Shown in pieces: positions 37,555 to 47,482 of a stretch of DNA of 64,000 nt. Position 1 is the stretch's first letter; the number at the start of each line of letters is the position of its first letter. The position numbers were made by a program, and so were the translations under genes. Source of the stretch: an uncultured Gammaproteobacteria bacterium (GTDB lineage: Bacteria; Patescibacteriota; Microgenomatia; Levybacterales; GWA1-39-11); NCBI GenBank assembly GCA_964651815.1, contig CAZYWG010000002.1, positions 92,522-156,521 of the forward strand. Direction: 5' to 3'. The notes beneath the pieces are model-generated. The model did no database searches. It saw only the letters and a list, made by a program, of their open reading frames with translations, and was not told the origin of the DNA.

Positions 37555-39639
37555 ATGAAAACGCTAATACTTGTTGAATCACCAACCAAAGCAAAAACTT
37601 TATCGCGCTTTCTAGGTGATAAATATTCAATTGAGGCTTCTATGGGTCACATTAGGGACTTGCCAAAAGGTACATTTGGTGTTGATATTGAACATAACTT
37701 TGAACCAAAGTACGTTATCCCTAAAGATAAAAGAAAGACTATCGAAACTTTGAAAGAAAATGCAAAAGGAGCCGAACGTATAATTTTGGCGACTGACCCT
37801 GACCGTGAAGGCGAAGCTATTTCATTTCACTTGAAAGAGGTTCTATCTGAAGAAAACAAAAATACCAAATTTGAAAGAATAGTTTTCCATGAAATAACCC
37901 CACGCGCAATAAATGAAGCGCTTGAACATCCAAAAGAAATTGATATGAATTTGGTCGCGGCACAAACAGGACGTAGAATTTTGGACCGAGTCGTCGGATA
38001 CAAACTTTCACCAATTCTTTGGGCGAAAATTAAAAAAGGACTCTCGGCGGGACGCGTTCAATCTATTGCTCTGCGTCTTGTTGTTGAAAGAGAACGCGAG
38101 ATAGGAAGTTTTAAGACATTTGATTTTTATCGAGTTTTTGTTGTATTAAATAAAAAAGATGACAAAAAACCTATCACTTTTGAGCTTGTTAAAGTAAATG
38201 GTGAACCTGTTGAAAAAACAAACACATTAAACTTATACGACGGTGACTATAAATACGCGCAAACCCAGCTTTCTGGTACAGACGCTGAAAGTATAAAAAA
38301 AGATCTGGAGGGAAAAATATTTAAGGTAACGGATGTTACACAAAAGGAAAACAAAAGATCACCTTACCCACCATTTACTACCTCGCTCCTGCAAATTGAA
38401 GCGTCACGCCGTTTTGGTTATCCAAGCAAAAGGACAATGAGTCTTGCGCAGCGACTTTACGAAGAAGGTTTTATAACGTACCACAGAACGGATTCTTATA
38501 ATTTATCTAACGATTTCATTAGTGCTGCACGCGTTTATATTGAAAAAAACTATGGAAAAAAATATTTGCCTGAAGCGCCAAGAATATTTCACACAAAATC
38601 AAAGCTTGCGCAAGAAGCTCATGAAGCAATTAGACCCACCAATTTAACTGAAGACGGTACTAATGTCACTGCAAAGCTTGGTAACGACTTCGCGAAGCTG
38701 TATAACCTTATATATAAGCGGGCTCTGGCAACGCAGATGAGTGATGCCGTATTCCTTTCAACCCGTGTTGACGTTGAGGCTAAGTCTGATAAGACCTATT
38801 TGTTTGCTGCAAACGGACGTGTCATGAAGTTTGACGGATTTTTGAAACTTTGGTTTTATGAAGACCCAGAACAATTAATTCCTGGGCTCGCGAGTGGTGA
38901 ACAACTTGACCTTTCGGAAATTAATCTTACAGAACATAAAACCAGTCCTCCACCCCGTTATAATGAGGCTTCCCTTATTTCATCTCTTGAAAAACATGGT
39001 ATTGGCCGCCCATCAACTTATGCACCCATTATTACAACTATCACAAGCCGTTTTTATGTTGAAAAGGAGGAAAACAGATTTAAGCCGACTGAAATAGGAA
39101 CTCTCGTAAATGATTTTTTAGTAAAAAACTTTGCGGAAATTGACGATATTCCTTTCACCGCAAAAATGGAGGATCAACTTGATGATGTTGCAAATGGTAC
39201 TACCGACTGGGTCCCCGTTTTAAAAGATTTTTACGGGCCTTTTGAAAAAGAGTTAATAGCAGCGGAAGGGGAAAAGAAAATCACAATTGAGCCCGAAAAA
39301 ACAGGTGAAAAATGTCCCCTGGATGGAGGAGACGTTGTTATTAGAGTTGGTAGATTCGGAAAATTTAAAGCATGCGGTAATTTCCCTGCGTGCAAATTCA
39401 GAGAATCATTGGTTGAAGATTCCGGATTTTTGTGTCCAAGAGATGGTGGAAAGATGGTTTTGAAAAGGACTAAGCGTGGTAGAACATTTTATGGGTGTGG
39501 AAATTATCCAAAATGTGATTTTGCGGTTTGGACGCGTGCCCAACTTGAAAAAGACGCTGTCCCGGCAAACAAGGATCAAACCAAACCCAAAGAAGAAAAA
39601 CCCCAACCTGCCGTCGCGGCAAACGAACAAAGTTCATAA
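37555..39639 (+). CDS. topA: DNA topoisomerase I
   Basis: ESPTKA, DPDREGE, SAGRVQ, ITYHRTD and GIGRPSTY motifs plus C-terminal Zn ribbons. Confidence 0.98.
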   Translation: MKTLILVESPTKAKTLSRFLGDKYSIEASMGHIRDLPKGTFGVDIEHNFEPKYVIPKDKRKTIETLKENAKGAERIILATDPDREGEAISFHLKEVLSEENKNTKFERIVFHEITPRAINEALEHPKEIDMNLVAAQTGRRILDRVVGYKLSPILWAKIKKGLSAGRVQSIALRLVVEREREIGSFKTFDFYRVFVVLNKKDDKKPITFELVKVNGEPVEKTNTLNLYDGDYKYAQTQLSGTDAESIKKDLEGKIFKVTDVTQKENKRSPYPPFTTSLLQIEASRRFGYPSKRTMSLAQRLYEEGFITYHRTDSYNLSNDFISAARVYIEKNYGKKYLPEAPRIFHTKSKLAQEAHEAIRPTNLTEDGTNVTAKLGNDFAKLYNLIYKRALATQMSDAVFLSTRVDVEAKSDKTYLFAANGRVMKFDGFLKLWFYEDPEQLIPGLASGEQLDLSEINLTEHKTSPPPRYNEASLISSLEKHGIGRPSTYAPIITTITSRFYVEKEENRFKPTEIGTLVNDFLVKNFAEIDDIPFTAKMEDQLDDVANGTTDWVPVLKDFYGPFEKELIAAEGEKKITIEPEKTGEKCPLDGGDVVIRVGRFGKFKACGNFPACKFRESLVEDSGFLCPRDGGKMVLKRTKRGRTFYGCGNYPKCDFAVWTRAQLEKDAVPANKDQTKPKEEKPQPAVAANEQSS

Positions 39640-39665
39640 AGCAATCTTTACAACCCAACATCAAC

Positions 39666-40199
39666 ATGAAGCTGAATTCCACAAAACTTAGAAAAACCAA
39701 ATCCGGTGAACTAAATAATTCACTAATCAAAAAAAACGAAATTTATATAATCCTCGATAACGTCTTGGATACTTACAATGTTGGTGCGGTTTTTAGGCTT
39801 GCCGACGCAGTTGCTGCAAAAAAAATATTTCTTTGCGGTTACACTGAAACGCCTCCCAACACCAGAATTAAAAAGTCGTCAATAAATACAACTGAACTGA
39901 CCGAATGGCAACACTTTGACAAAACGGCAGATGCAATCTTAAGTCTTAAGTCTGAAGTCTCAGGTCTTAAAGTAATTGCAATCGAATTAGCGCCGAACAG
40001 CATTCCTTACACCGAAGCAAATTATAGCTTCCCAATTGCGCTAATAATTGGGAATGAAACCCATGGAATCTCTAAAGATGTTCTTAAACTCTGCGACCAA
40101 ATTGTGGAACTCCCAATGTTTGGAATAAACGTATCTTTAAACACAATGGTCTCCCTCGCAATTGTCCTCTATAAAAGTCTCGAGAAGAATTCAACTTAA
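39666..40199 (+). CDS. TrmH/SpoU family RNA methyltransferase
   Basis: NVGAVFRLADA, IGNETHGI and PMFGINVSLN motifs. Confidence 0.92.
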   Translation: MKLNSTKLRKTKSGELNNSLIKKNEIYIILDNVLDTYNVGAVFRLADAVAAKKIFLCGYTETPPNTRIKKSSINTTELTEWQHFDKTADAILSLKSEVSGLKVIAIELAPNSIPYTEANYSFPIALIIGNETHGISKDVLKLCDQIVELPMFGINVSLNTMVSLAIVLYKSLEKNST

Positions 40200-40676
40200 C
40201 CCCAACTGCTTTCTAATATAATCTTGTAATCCACCCGCTTTGAAATAGCTCATGATTTGATCTTTAGGAATCGTTAAGACATTACCAATTCTTTTTCTGC
40301 AATTTTTAGAACCGCATTTGCAATTCATCCACCAATTAATATCTTTTCCTACAGTAGATGAATAATCAAAAGTGATTTCTTCTCCTTTTTTAATATTTTT
40401 TATAGCTATCAGATTTACCTCTCCTGTAAATGCTGAATTAGGTGTGCAACTATGATTTATAAAATAAGCATTTCCACTCAAATCCAAAAAATCGCGGTCT
40501 CCAATTTGTAACGGATCGTCCTCATTTTCCTCCTTTGTATTATCAATTCTTCTATCAATTTCTTCTTTACTTACCCTTTCCCCCTCAAACCTTATAATTT
40601 GTGTTCCTCTTTTAATATCAAAAGGGGCAAAACTCCCATTGCCACCAACTTTCGATTCTTTAATTATCAAATTCAT
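40191..40676 (-). CDS. SET domain protein with post-SET Cys motif
   Basis: FINHSCTPN, EITFDY and CKCGSKNCR motifs. Confidence 0.93.
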   Translation of the reverse strand: MNLIIKESKVGGNGSFAPFDIKRGTQIIRFEGERVSKEEIDRRIDNTKEENEDDPLQIGDRDFLDLSGNAYFINHSCTPNSAFTGEVNLIAIKNIKKGEEITFDYSSTVGKDINWWMNCKCGSKNCRKRIGNVLTIPKDQIMSYFKAGGLQDYIRKQLGLS

Positions 40677-40721
40677 AAGTTTATTATAACAATTGCCTGC
40701 TTGTGGTAAAATGAGAACTCA

Positions 40722-41714
40722 ATGAATACAGACCTGCTCGTGATATCCACAATTCTAATTATTGGTTTTGGAATAGTTATCTATTTGGTTAACAAAAAAC
40801 AAAACTCCAAAGGTTCCGATACAGCCCTTGTTGAATGGATGAAATCAATGCAAACTTCTTTTGATGAAAACAATAAAACTATGCACTCATCTCTTAACAT
40901 GAATACTAAATCTCTCAACGATAGACTAGATAAGGCGGCACAAGTAATAGGCGCAGTACAAAAAAACATAGGCGAGATGTCCGAGATTGGACGTTCGATG
41001 CGGGATTTAAACGAATTCTTAAAAAGCCCAAAGCTCCGTGGAAATATGGGAGAGCATATCTTAAAAGAGCTACTTGGCCAAATGCTCCCAAAAGCGTCCT
41101 TTAATATGCAATACGCGTTTAAAAACGGCTCAATAGTAGATGCTGCAATAAAAACCGAGGCGGGAATTATTCCAATCGATTCAAAATTTCCAATGGAAAG
41201 TTTTAGGCTTATAAATAGCGCGGAAACGGAGTTAGAAAAAAAAGCGGCTGAAAAAGCGTTTCTGTCAGATATCAAAAAACACATTGATGACATTGCGAAG
41301 AAATATATTCTTCCAGCAGAAGGAACTATAGATTACGCCTTAATGTATGTTCCATCTGAATCTGTTTATTATGAAATTGTAAACAATTCTGCACTTTTTG
41401 ATTACTCTCAAAAATACAGGGTTTTACCCGTCTCGCCCATGACTTTTTATGCATATTTGCGTGCAATATTGATGGGTTTTGAAGGACAAAAAATAACTGC
41501 CCAAGCACAGAAAATTTTATCAGGTTTAAGAAGTATTCAGAAAGAATATGAAAAAGTTGGCGAAAATCTTGACACTTTAGGAAAACACGTTAACAACGCA
41601 GCAAATATGATGGGGCAAGTGGATGCGGGGTTTGGCAAACTTGGCGAAAAAATAAATTTAACAAACCAACTTGAAGAAGTACAAAAAGAGATGCTCACGG
41701 AAAAAGTAAATTAA
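40722..41714 (+). CDS. rmuC: DNA recombination protein RmuC
   Basis: RGNMGE, PIDSKFP and MYVPSE motifs; N-terminal TM. Confidence 0.92.
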   Translation: MNTDLLVISTILIIGFGIVIYLVNKKQNSKGSDTALVEWMKSMQTSFDENNKTMHSSLNMNTKSLNDRLDKAAQVIGAVQKNIGEMSEIGRSMRDLNEFLKSPKLRGNMGEHILKELLGQMLPKASFNMQYAFKNGSIVDAAIKTEAGIIPIDSKFPMESFRLINSAETELEKKAAEKAFLSDIKKHIDDIAKKYILPAEGTIDYALMYVPSESVYYEIVNNSALFDYSQKYRVLPVSPMTFYAYLRAILMGFEGQKITAQAQKILSGLRSIQKEYEKVGENLDTLGKHVNNAANMMGQVDAGFGKLGEKINLTNQLEEVQKEMLTEKVN

Positions 41715-41718
41715 CCTA

Positions 41719-44583
41719 ATGACACAAATCCTAAATGAAAAACAAAAAAAGGCAATAGAACATGAAAATGGCCCGCTTTTAATTATTGCCGGGGCCGGAA
41801 CAGGAAAAACAACTGTTATTACCGAGCGGATAAAGCATTTGATTGTTGACAAAAACATTCCACCGTCAAAAATTCTTGCCCTAACTTTCACTGATAAAGC
41901 GGCACATGAAATGCAGGAAAGAGTTGACGTACTACTTCCCTACGGATACACAAATTTATGGATTCATACCTTTCATGCTTTCTGCGATAGAATTTTGCGC
42001 GACGAAGCACACAACATAGGACTTGACCCCAATTATAAATTAATTTCGGAAGCTGAATCCGTTTTTCTTTTGAGAAAAAATGTTTTTGATTTGGGCCTTA
42101 ATTTATTTAAACCACTTGGTAATCCAACGAAATTTTTGGATGCTTTACTAACGCATTTTTCAAGATTAAAGGATGAAGATGTCACACCTATTGAATATAT
42201 AAAATGGGCGGAGGCTCAAAAAGAAATTGAGGATACGCAACAATATTTAGAACTTGCACGAGTCTATAAAAATTATGAAGATCTAAAAATTCGTGAAAGT
42301 TCCTGCGACTTTTCTGACCTTATTGCCAACACATTAAAGTTATTTAGGACAAGAAAAAATGTTTTAAAACGTTATCAAAACCAATTCAATTTTATTTTGG
42401 TTGATGAATTTCAGGACACAAATTTTGCTCAAAACGAGCTAGCGATTATGCTTGCTGGGGACGATAAAAATATTACTGTTGTGGCAGATGATGACCAATC
42501 AATTTATAGATTCAGGGGCGCTGCTGTATCAAATGTTTTACAATTTAACAAAAATTTTCCGGATTCTACTGTCATAACATTGACTGACAACTATAGATCG
42601 ACACAAATTATTTTGGACGCATCATACGGAATGATTCAAAATAATAATCCAAATAGGCTTGAGGTAGTTGAAAAAATTAATAAAAAACTTAAAAGCCATT
42701 CTACCGCACCCCAAAAAGAAATCGAATTAATTCATGAGATGCGCGCTGAAGATGAAGCAGATTCAATTGCCAAAAAAATAAAAGAGTTGACAGAAAAAAA
42801 ATATGAATTCAGAGATATCGCTATATTAGTAAGAGCGAATAATCATGCACAAGCAGCTGTTGCTGCACTTACAAGATACAGAATTCCTTATCAATTTTTA
42901 GGTCCCGGATATCTTTTTGCGCAGGAAGAAATAAAAGATTTAATTGGATATCTTACTTTTCTAACAAATTTGTCCGATTCTGTCTCGCTTTTCAGAGTTC
43001 TTTCAATGGAAATTTTTAAAATTCCATATATTGAGTTAAATTACCTTTTGAATTTTGCGAAGAAGAAAAACCTTATGCTTTTTGAGACTCTAGAAGACTT
43101 AAATCAACCTTTTTTAAAACCGGAAACGCAAGAGAAACTTACAAATTTTAAAAAAATGGTGGAGCGTCATCTTGGAAAAAGCAAAACAGAAACGGCGGGA
43201 CAAATTTTGTATTATTTTTTAGTCGACTCGGGCCTGTTTGAAACTCTTAACAAAACCGATTCTGTAAAAGAAGAGAAACGAGTCCAAAACATAGCAAAAT
43301 TTTTTGACAGAATTAAAAATTTTGAGCTTGAACGCCCGGATGCTAGTATCTTTAATCTGGTCGAATGGCTAAGCCTTATGTTGCAATTAGGAGATAGCCC
43401 AATGGCTGCTGATATTGACATGCGGCAGGAAAATGCTGTTAACATTTTAACAGTGCACGCTTCAAAAGGCCTTGAATTTAAAGTTGTATTCTTGATAAAC
43501 CTGGTTTCAGAACGCTTTCCTACAAGGGAAAGGAATGAAAAAATTATGATACCCGCAGCTCTCATTAAAGAATATTTGGCGGCTGACACCGATTTCCACC
43601 TTGAGGAAGAACGACGACTTTTTTACGTAGGAATGACGCGCGCAAAAGAACTGTTGTATTTTACCGCCGCAGATTATTATGGAACTGGTAAACGTGTAAA
43701 AAAACTTTCCCCGTTTATTTATGAAGCACTTCCTAAACTTATAGAAAATCAGGAAAAACGAAAAACAAAAATCCAACAATTATCTATTAATGAAGTTCTG
43801 GCGGCATACGAACCGCGTGAAGAAATAGAGGAACATAAACCCCCTCTAAAATTAAGCTATATCACTTATTCCAATCTTCAAATGTTTGACATCTGTCCGC
43901 TCCATTATAAAGCGAGAGCAATTTTTAATATCCCAACACCTCCAACTGCAGTCCAAAGCTTTGGAATTTCTCTTCATAATACTCTTTACAATTTTTATCG
44001 ACAGGTCCAAGAAAAAAAAGTCCCAGATTTAGCTGAACTTCTTGAAATTCTTAAAAAAGAATGGATTAGCGATGGATACCAAAATAAAAATCACGAAAAA
44101 GAAAGGTTTGACCAAGCAAAAAATGTACTTACCGAATTTTATAAAACCGAATGTAAAGTGCCTGTCAAACCGCTCGAACTTGAGCTGCCTTTTTCTTTTG
44201 CATTAAAAAACGGGGTTAAAGTTTTTGGAAAAATTGACAGGATTGACAAAAAAGGAGACGGAATTGAGATTATTGATTATAAAACCGGACAAGATAATCC
44301 CAAAGCCGCGTCTGCCCACAAACTTCAGCTTGCAATGTATGCACTTGCCGCAACACGAGTAAGAGATAACGTTTTAAATCGCGATCCAAAAGATATAACG
44401 CTTACCTTGCATTTTCTTGAAGGTAACACAAAAAAAACAATGAATTTTAAAAAGGAAGATTTGGATAATTTAGAAAATGATTTAATTGAAAAAATAGCGG
44501 AAATTGAAAAAAGTGATTTTAAATGTAGTAAGAATATTCTTTGTGTAAATTGCGAATATAGACTCCTCTGCAACACGAATTAA
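41719..44583 (+). CDS. UvrD/PcrA-family helicase fused to a PD-(D/E)XK nuclease
   Basis: AGAGTGKT, DEFQD, TVHASKGLEF and EERRLFYVGMTRA; C-terminal GKIDRID..IIDYKTG with a Cys cluster. Confidence 0.92.
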   Translation: MTQILNEKQKKAIEHENGPLLIIAGAGTGKTTVITERIKHLIVDKNIPPSKILALTFTDKAAHEMQERVDVLLPYGYTNLWIHTFHAFCDRILRDEAHNIGLDPNYKLISEAESVFLLRKNVFDLGLNLFKPLGNPTKFLDALLTHFSRLKDEDVTPIEYIKWAEAQKEIEDTQQYLELARVYKNYEDLKIRESSCDFSDLIANTLKLFRTRKNVLKRYQNQFNFILVDEFQDTNFAQNELAIMLAGDDKNITVVADDDQSIYRFRGAAVSNVLQFNKNFPDSTVITLTDNYRSTQIILDASYGMIQNNNPNRLEVVEKINKKLKSHSTAPQKEIELIHEMRAEDEADSIAKKIKELTEKKYEFRDIAILVRANNHAQAAVAALTRYRIPYQFLGPGYLFAQEEIKDLIGYLTFLTNLSDSVSLFRVLSMEIFKIPYIELNYLLNFAKKKNLMLFETLEDLNQPFLKPETQEKLTNFKKMVERHLGKSKTETAGQILYYFLVDSGLFETLNKTDSVKEEKRVQNIAKFFDRIKNFELERPDASIFNLVEWLSLMLQLGDSPMAADIDMRQENAVNILTVHASKGLEFKVVFLINLVSERFPTRERNEKIMIPAALIKEYLAADTDFHLEEERRLFYVGMTRAKELLYFTAADYYGTGKRVKKLSPFIYEALPKLIENQEKRKTKIQQLSINEVLAAYEPREEIEEHKPPLKLSYITYSNLQMFDICPLHYKARAIFNIPTPPTAVQSFGISLHNTLYNFYRQVQEKKVPDLAELLEILKKEWISDGYQNKNHEKERFDQAKNVLTEFYKTECKVPVKPLELELPFSFALKNGVKVFGKIDRIDKKGDGIEIIDYKTGQDNPKAASAHKLQLAMYALAATRVRDNVLNRDPKDITLTLHFLEGNTKKTMNFKKEDLDNLENDLIEKIAEIEKSDFKCSKNILCVNCEYRLLCNTN

Positions 44584-44603
44584 TCTTTGCTATACTCACA
44601 CTT

Positions 44604-45185
44604 ATGATAAAGGCAATAATTTTTGACTGGCACGGAGTTTTAGATAGAGTTACTTCTGCTGGGTTTGTTGAAATCCTAAAAGGGAAAACTCGTGTTAGTG
44701 AGAGTAAAATATTAGAAGTTTATAAAGACTTAGATAAAAAAAGAGTTATTGGGAAAATTAATCAAAAAGAATTTATAGATGAATTAACAAGAAAACTTAA
44801 TACTGAGCAAACAATTATCCAAAAAGCTGTAGACTATGTAGATACTGCGGATTTAGATAATGCAGTGTGGGATATTCTAAAAAAGCTAAAAACAAAGTTT
44901 AAAATAGCTCTTCTCACTGATTCCTCAACAGCAAAAGCAGATTACATTAAAAAGCTCGACAAACTTGATTTATTTGATGTAAAGATCTTTTCATCCGATG
45001 AAGAAATGTCTAAAGAAAATCCGGATTTTTTCTTACTTGCTAGCCAAGCTTTAGGTGAAAACCCACAAAACATTCTACATATTGAGGATAATCCAAAAAG
45101 CATCGAGACCGCAAAAAAACTTGGTTTCCAAACCCATCTGTTCAAAAACGCCGAAGAGCTTAATAACTATCTACGAGGGATTTAA
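44604..45185 (+). CDS. HAD family hydrolase
   Basis: IIFDWHGVL, K..P and IEDN motifs. Confidence 0.88.
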   Translation: MIKAIIFDWHGVLDRVTSAGFVEILKGKTRVSESKILEVYKDLDKKRVIGKINQKEFIDELTRKLNTEQTIIQKAVDYVDTADLDNAVWDILKKLKTKFKIALLTDSSTAKADYIKKLDKLDLFDVKIFSSDEEMSKENPDFFLLASQALGENPQNILHIEDNPKSIETAKKLGFQTHLFKNAEELNNYLRGI

Positions 45186-45189
45186 ATTT

Positions 45190-45616
45190 GCCAGGAAGAG
45201 AGTAAGCCAGATTCTGTTCTGCACGCTATCGCGCTTGACTGTCATCTATCTAAGTGTCGATAAATTTCTCGACTCTTCCTCGACTTTACGAGGTGCCCTA
45301 AACCTTGGTTCTCTCGTAATGCAGATGGTAACGAACCAAATTCGTAGGTTGCAGCGGGTAGGATTTCCTTTACTCAGCACCGCTATGATGCTGAGCGTTT
45401 CACTTTCCGTCCATATCTTGCGACTTAGGACTTATTCGTCACTGTGGATCTCCCTTTGAGTAAACTCTCGCAGGGTGTTCGTTTCTTTCGAATTGAACCA
45501 CTGGAATTCACATTCTGGGACTTACGTCCCATCCCCGGCATTACACCTGTCTGGACTTTCCTCACTGAAAAGATTGTTTTGAACAACTTTTCAGTGCGAC
45601 AATCCTTCTTCCTGGC
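45190..45616 (-). ncRNA. rnpB: RNase P RNA
   Basis: Minus strand GAGGAAAGTCC and 3' ACAGAATCTGGCTTA hallmarks; P1 GCCAGGAAGA/TCTTCCTGGC; TTGAAG-17-TATAAT promoter. Confidence 0.93.
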
Positions 45617-45659
45617 TTACATATTATATTAAATTCCGCTTGTAACTTCAAGAAAAAGA

Positions 45660-46616
45660 TCAAAAATTTTGATCAATTAGCCTCGCGCTTGACTTTTCTG
45701 GGTCAGATTCTTCCACATTGAATAGGTGAATATTAGGATTTTTACGAATCCATGCAAGCTGCTCCTTTGCTAAATGGTATTCAGAAAGCCTCCACTTTTC
45801 TATTGCTGTATCAAGATCTATTTTACCCTGAAAATATTCAAACAATTGTTTAAAACCGTGTGTATTTTTTATTTGATCTGAAAGTTTATTGTAATCATTA
45901 AATAAATTTCTTGCTTCGGCAATAGCTCCTTGTTTTAAGCGTTTCTCGAGTCTTGTATCTATTTTCATTTTTAGAAATTCATAAGAAGCAGTAAGACCTA
46001 TCATTAATACTTCACTTTCTTCGAAAAGAGGTTCAATATTTTTTCCAAATTTATTTTTAGCGACCTCAATTGCCCTGACGAGTCTCCTTGGATTATTAAC
46101 GTCAGAATTATTCATATTTTTAAATTTTTGGGGATCCAACTTACTCAGTGTTTCTTGTAACTTTTCTATTGAATATTTTGTCAATTTTTTCCTTAATTTT
46201 AAATCTGGAGGAATGGATAAGGTATCTATTTTTTGTGTAAACGCGTTTATATAAAATCTTGTCCCCCCAACAATAATTGGCAGTTTATTTTTATCTATAC
46301 TTTCGAGAGTCAGCTTTACTTTATTCACATAATCGTAAACACTGAAGTCGTTTGTTGGTTCAACTACATCAATAAGATAAAGTGGGGTTTTATCAATAAT
46401 GTAATGATCAAAACTTGAATCCACTTTGGATATCTGCCGACTGGCAGGTAGATCTTTACCTGAAATTACATCAGTCCGGCGATACACCTGAACTGAATCT
46501 GCACCAATAATTACTGAAGGAATTTTTTTAGAGATTTTAAAAGCAAGGTCTGTTTTTCCAGAAGCCGTAGGACCTACAATGAATAATGCCTTTTTCACAT
46601 TGGAAGAAGCTGTCAT
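45660..46616 (-). CDS. miaA: tRNA dimethylallyltransferase
   Basis: GPTASGKT, ADSVQVY, VGGT and RRLVRAIE motifs; the start may be GTG at 46598. Confidence 0.95.
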   Translation of the reverse strand: MTASSNVKKALFIVGPTASGKTDLAFKISKKIPSVIIGADSVQVYRRTDVISGKDLPASRQISKVDSSFDHYIIDKTPLYLIDVVEPTNDFSVYDYVNKVKLTLESIDKNKLPIIVGGTRFYINAFTQKIDTLSIPPDLKLRKKLTKYSIEKLQETLSKLDPQKFKNMNNSDVNNPRRLVRAIEVAKNKFGKNIEPLFEESEVLMIGLTASYEFLKMKIDTRLEKRLKQGAIAEARNLFNDYNKLSDQIKNTHGFKQLFEYFQGKIDLDTAIEKWRLSEYHLAKEQLAWIRKNPNIHLFNVEESDPEKSSARLIDQNF

Positions 46617-46685
46617 CGCGAGGACTCAAAGAGTCAGGGGTAATCTTTTATGATTTCTTGGCCATTTCACTCCCTCGCTATGACA
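46611..46685. repeat. Degenerate REP-like palindromic element
   Basis: TGTCATCGCGAGG...CCTCGCTATGACA terminal inverted repeats (12/13) with an inner hairpin. Confidence 0.65.
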
Positions 46686-46689
46686 ATTA

Positions 46690-46968
46690 CTATTTTACAG
46701 CTTTCTTAAGACTTTTACCCGGTGTAAATCCTGGCGCTTTTCTTGCAGAAATTGTAATTGCCTCACCTGTTTTTGGATTCCTTCCCTTTCTAGCTTTTCT
46801 GGATCTAAGGGAAAATGTTCCGAAACCGGTTAATACAACCTTTTCGTCACGCTTCAATGAATCACGAATAGCGTTAAGAAAAACTTTGATTGCTTCTTTT
46901 GATGCTTTATTAGTAAGGTTAGCTTTTTTTGCCACTAGCTCAATAAGCTCTTTTTTTGTTACTGACAA
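46690..46968 (-). CDS. hup: DNA-binding protein HU
   Basis: GFGTF and RKGRNPKTGE motifs; SD GAAAGGTGGTG before a TTG start. Confidence 0.96.
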   Translation of the reverse strand: MSVTKKELIELVAKKANLTNKASKEAIKVFLNAIRDSLKRDEKVVLTGFGTFSLRSRKARKGRNPKTGEAITISARKAPGFTPGKSLKKAVK

Positions 46969-47079
46969 TTGTTGCTCACCACCTTTCTCATTAAAAATTT
47001 GAAGAAAACTAATTTAATTTGTATTGATTTAACAGTACAACTTAAAAAAGAGTTTGTCAATATATCGAAAAGTAGATTC

Positions 47080-47436
47080 TTAGTGTAAGTCCGTATATCG
47101 TTCAATTAGCCAGAGAATACCTACTCCAACCAACAATGCAACAAGCGAAGAAGATATTATGGGAAGAGCAGCAGATTCTTCCCAAATTCCTCTCCAGACA
47201 AGTATTATTGCGGTAGATACTATAAGCGTAAATACGAATTTATGCTTGGCAATTTTTCTTATTACACCTTTTTTTGTTTTTCCGAGATCTCTCAAAACAC
47301 TACTACTCTGAAGTAAGGTTTCAAATTGCTTACTTTCTAGAGTTTTTATCACAACTTTCTCTTCTTTTAAAAGTTTTTCTTCTGTCTTCTCTATTTTCTC
47401 TTCCTCTCTAAGAATTTTTCCTTCAACTTTATCCAT
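47080..47436 (-). CDS. Hypothetical membrane protein (coiled coil plus 2 TM)
   Basis: ILVWRGIW motif; probable start MDKVEG at 47436. Confidence 0.7.
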   Translation of the reverse strand: MDKVEGKILREEEKIEKTEEKLLKEEKVVIKTLESKQFETLLQSSSVLRDLGKTKKGVIRKIAKHKFVFTLIVSTAIILVWRGIWEESAALPIISSSLVALLVGVGILWLIERYTDLH

Positions 47437-47482
47437 TATATTTAGAATATGATAATTATTTAGTGGAGTCAAACAATACAGT

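Noticed and set aside
45055-45632. Plus-strand ORFs of 134 and 62 aa
   Set aside because: Antisense to the RNase P RNA gene.
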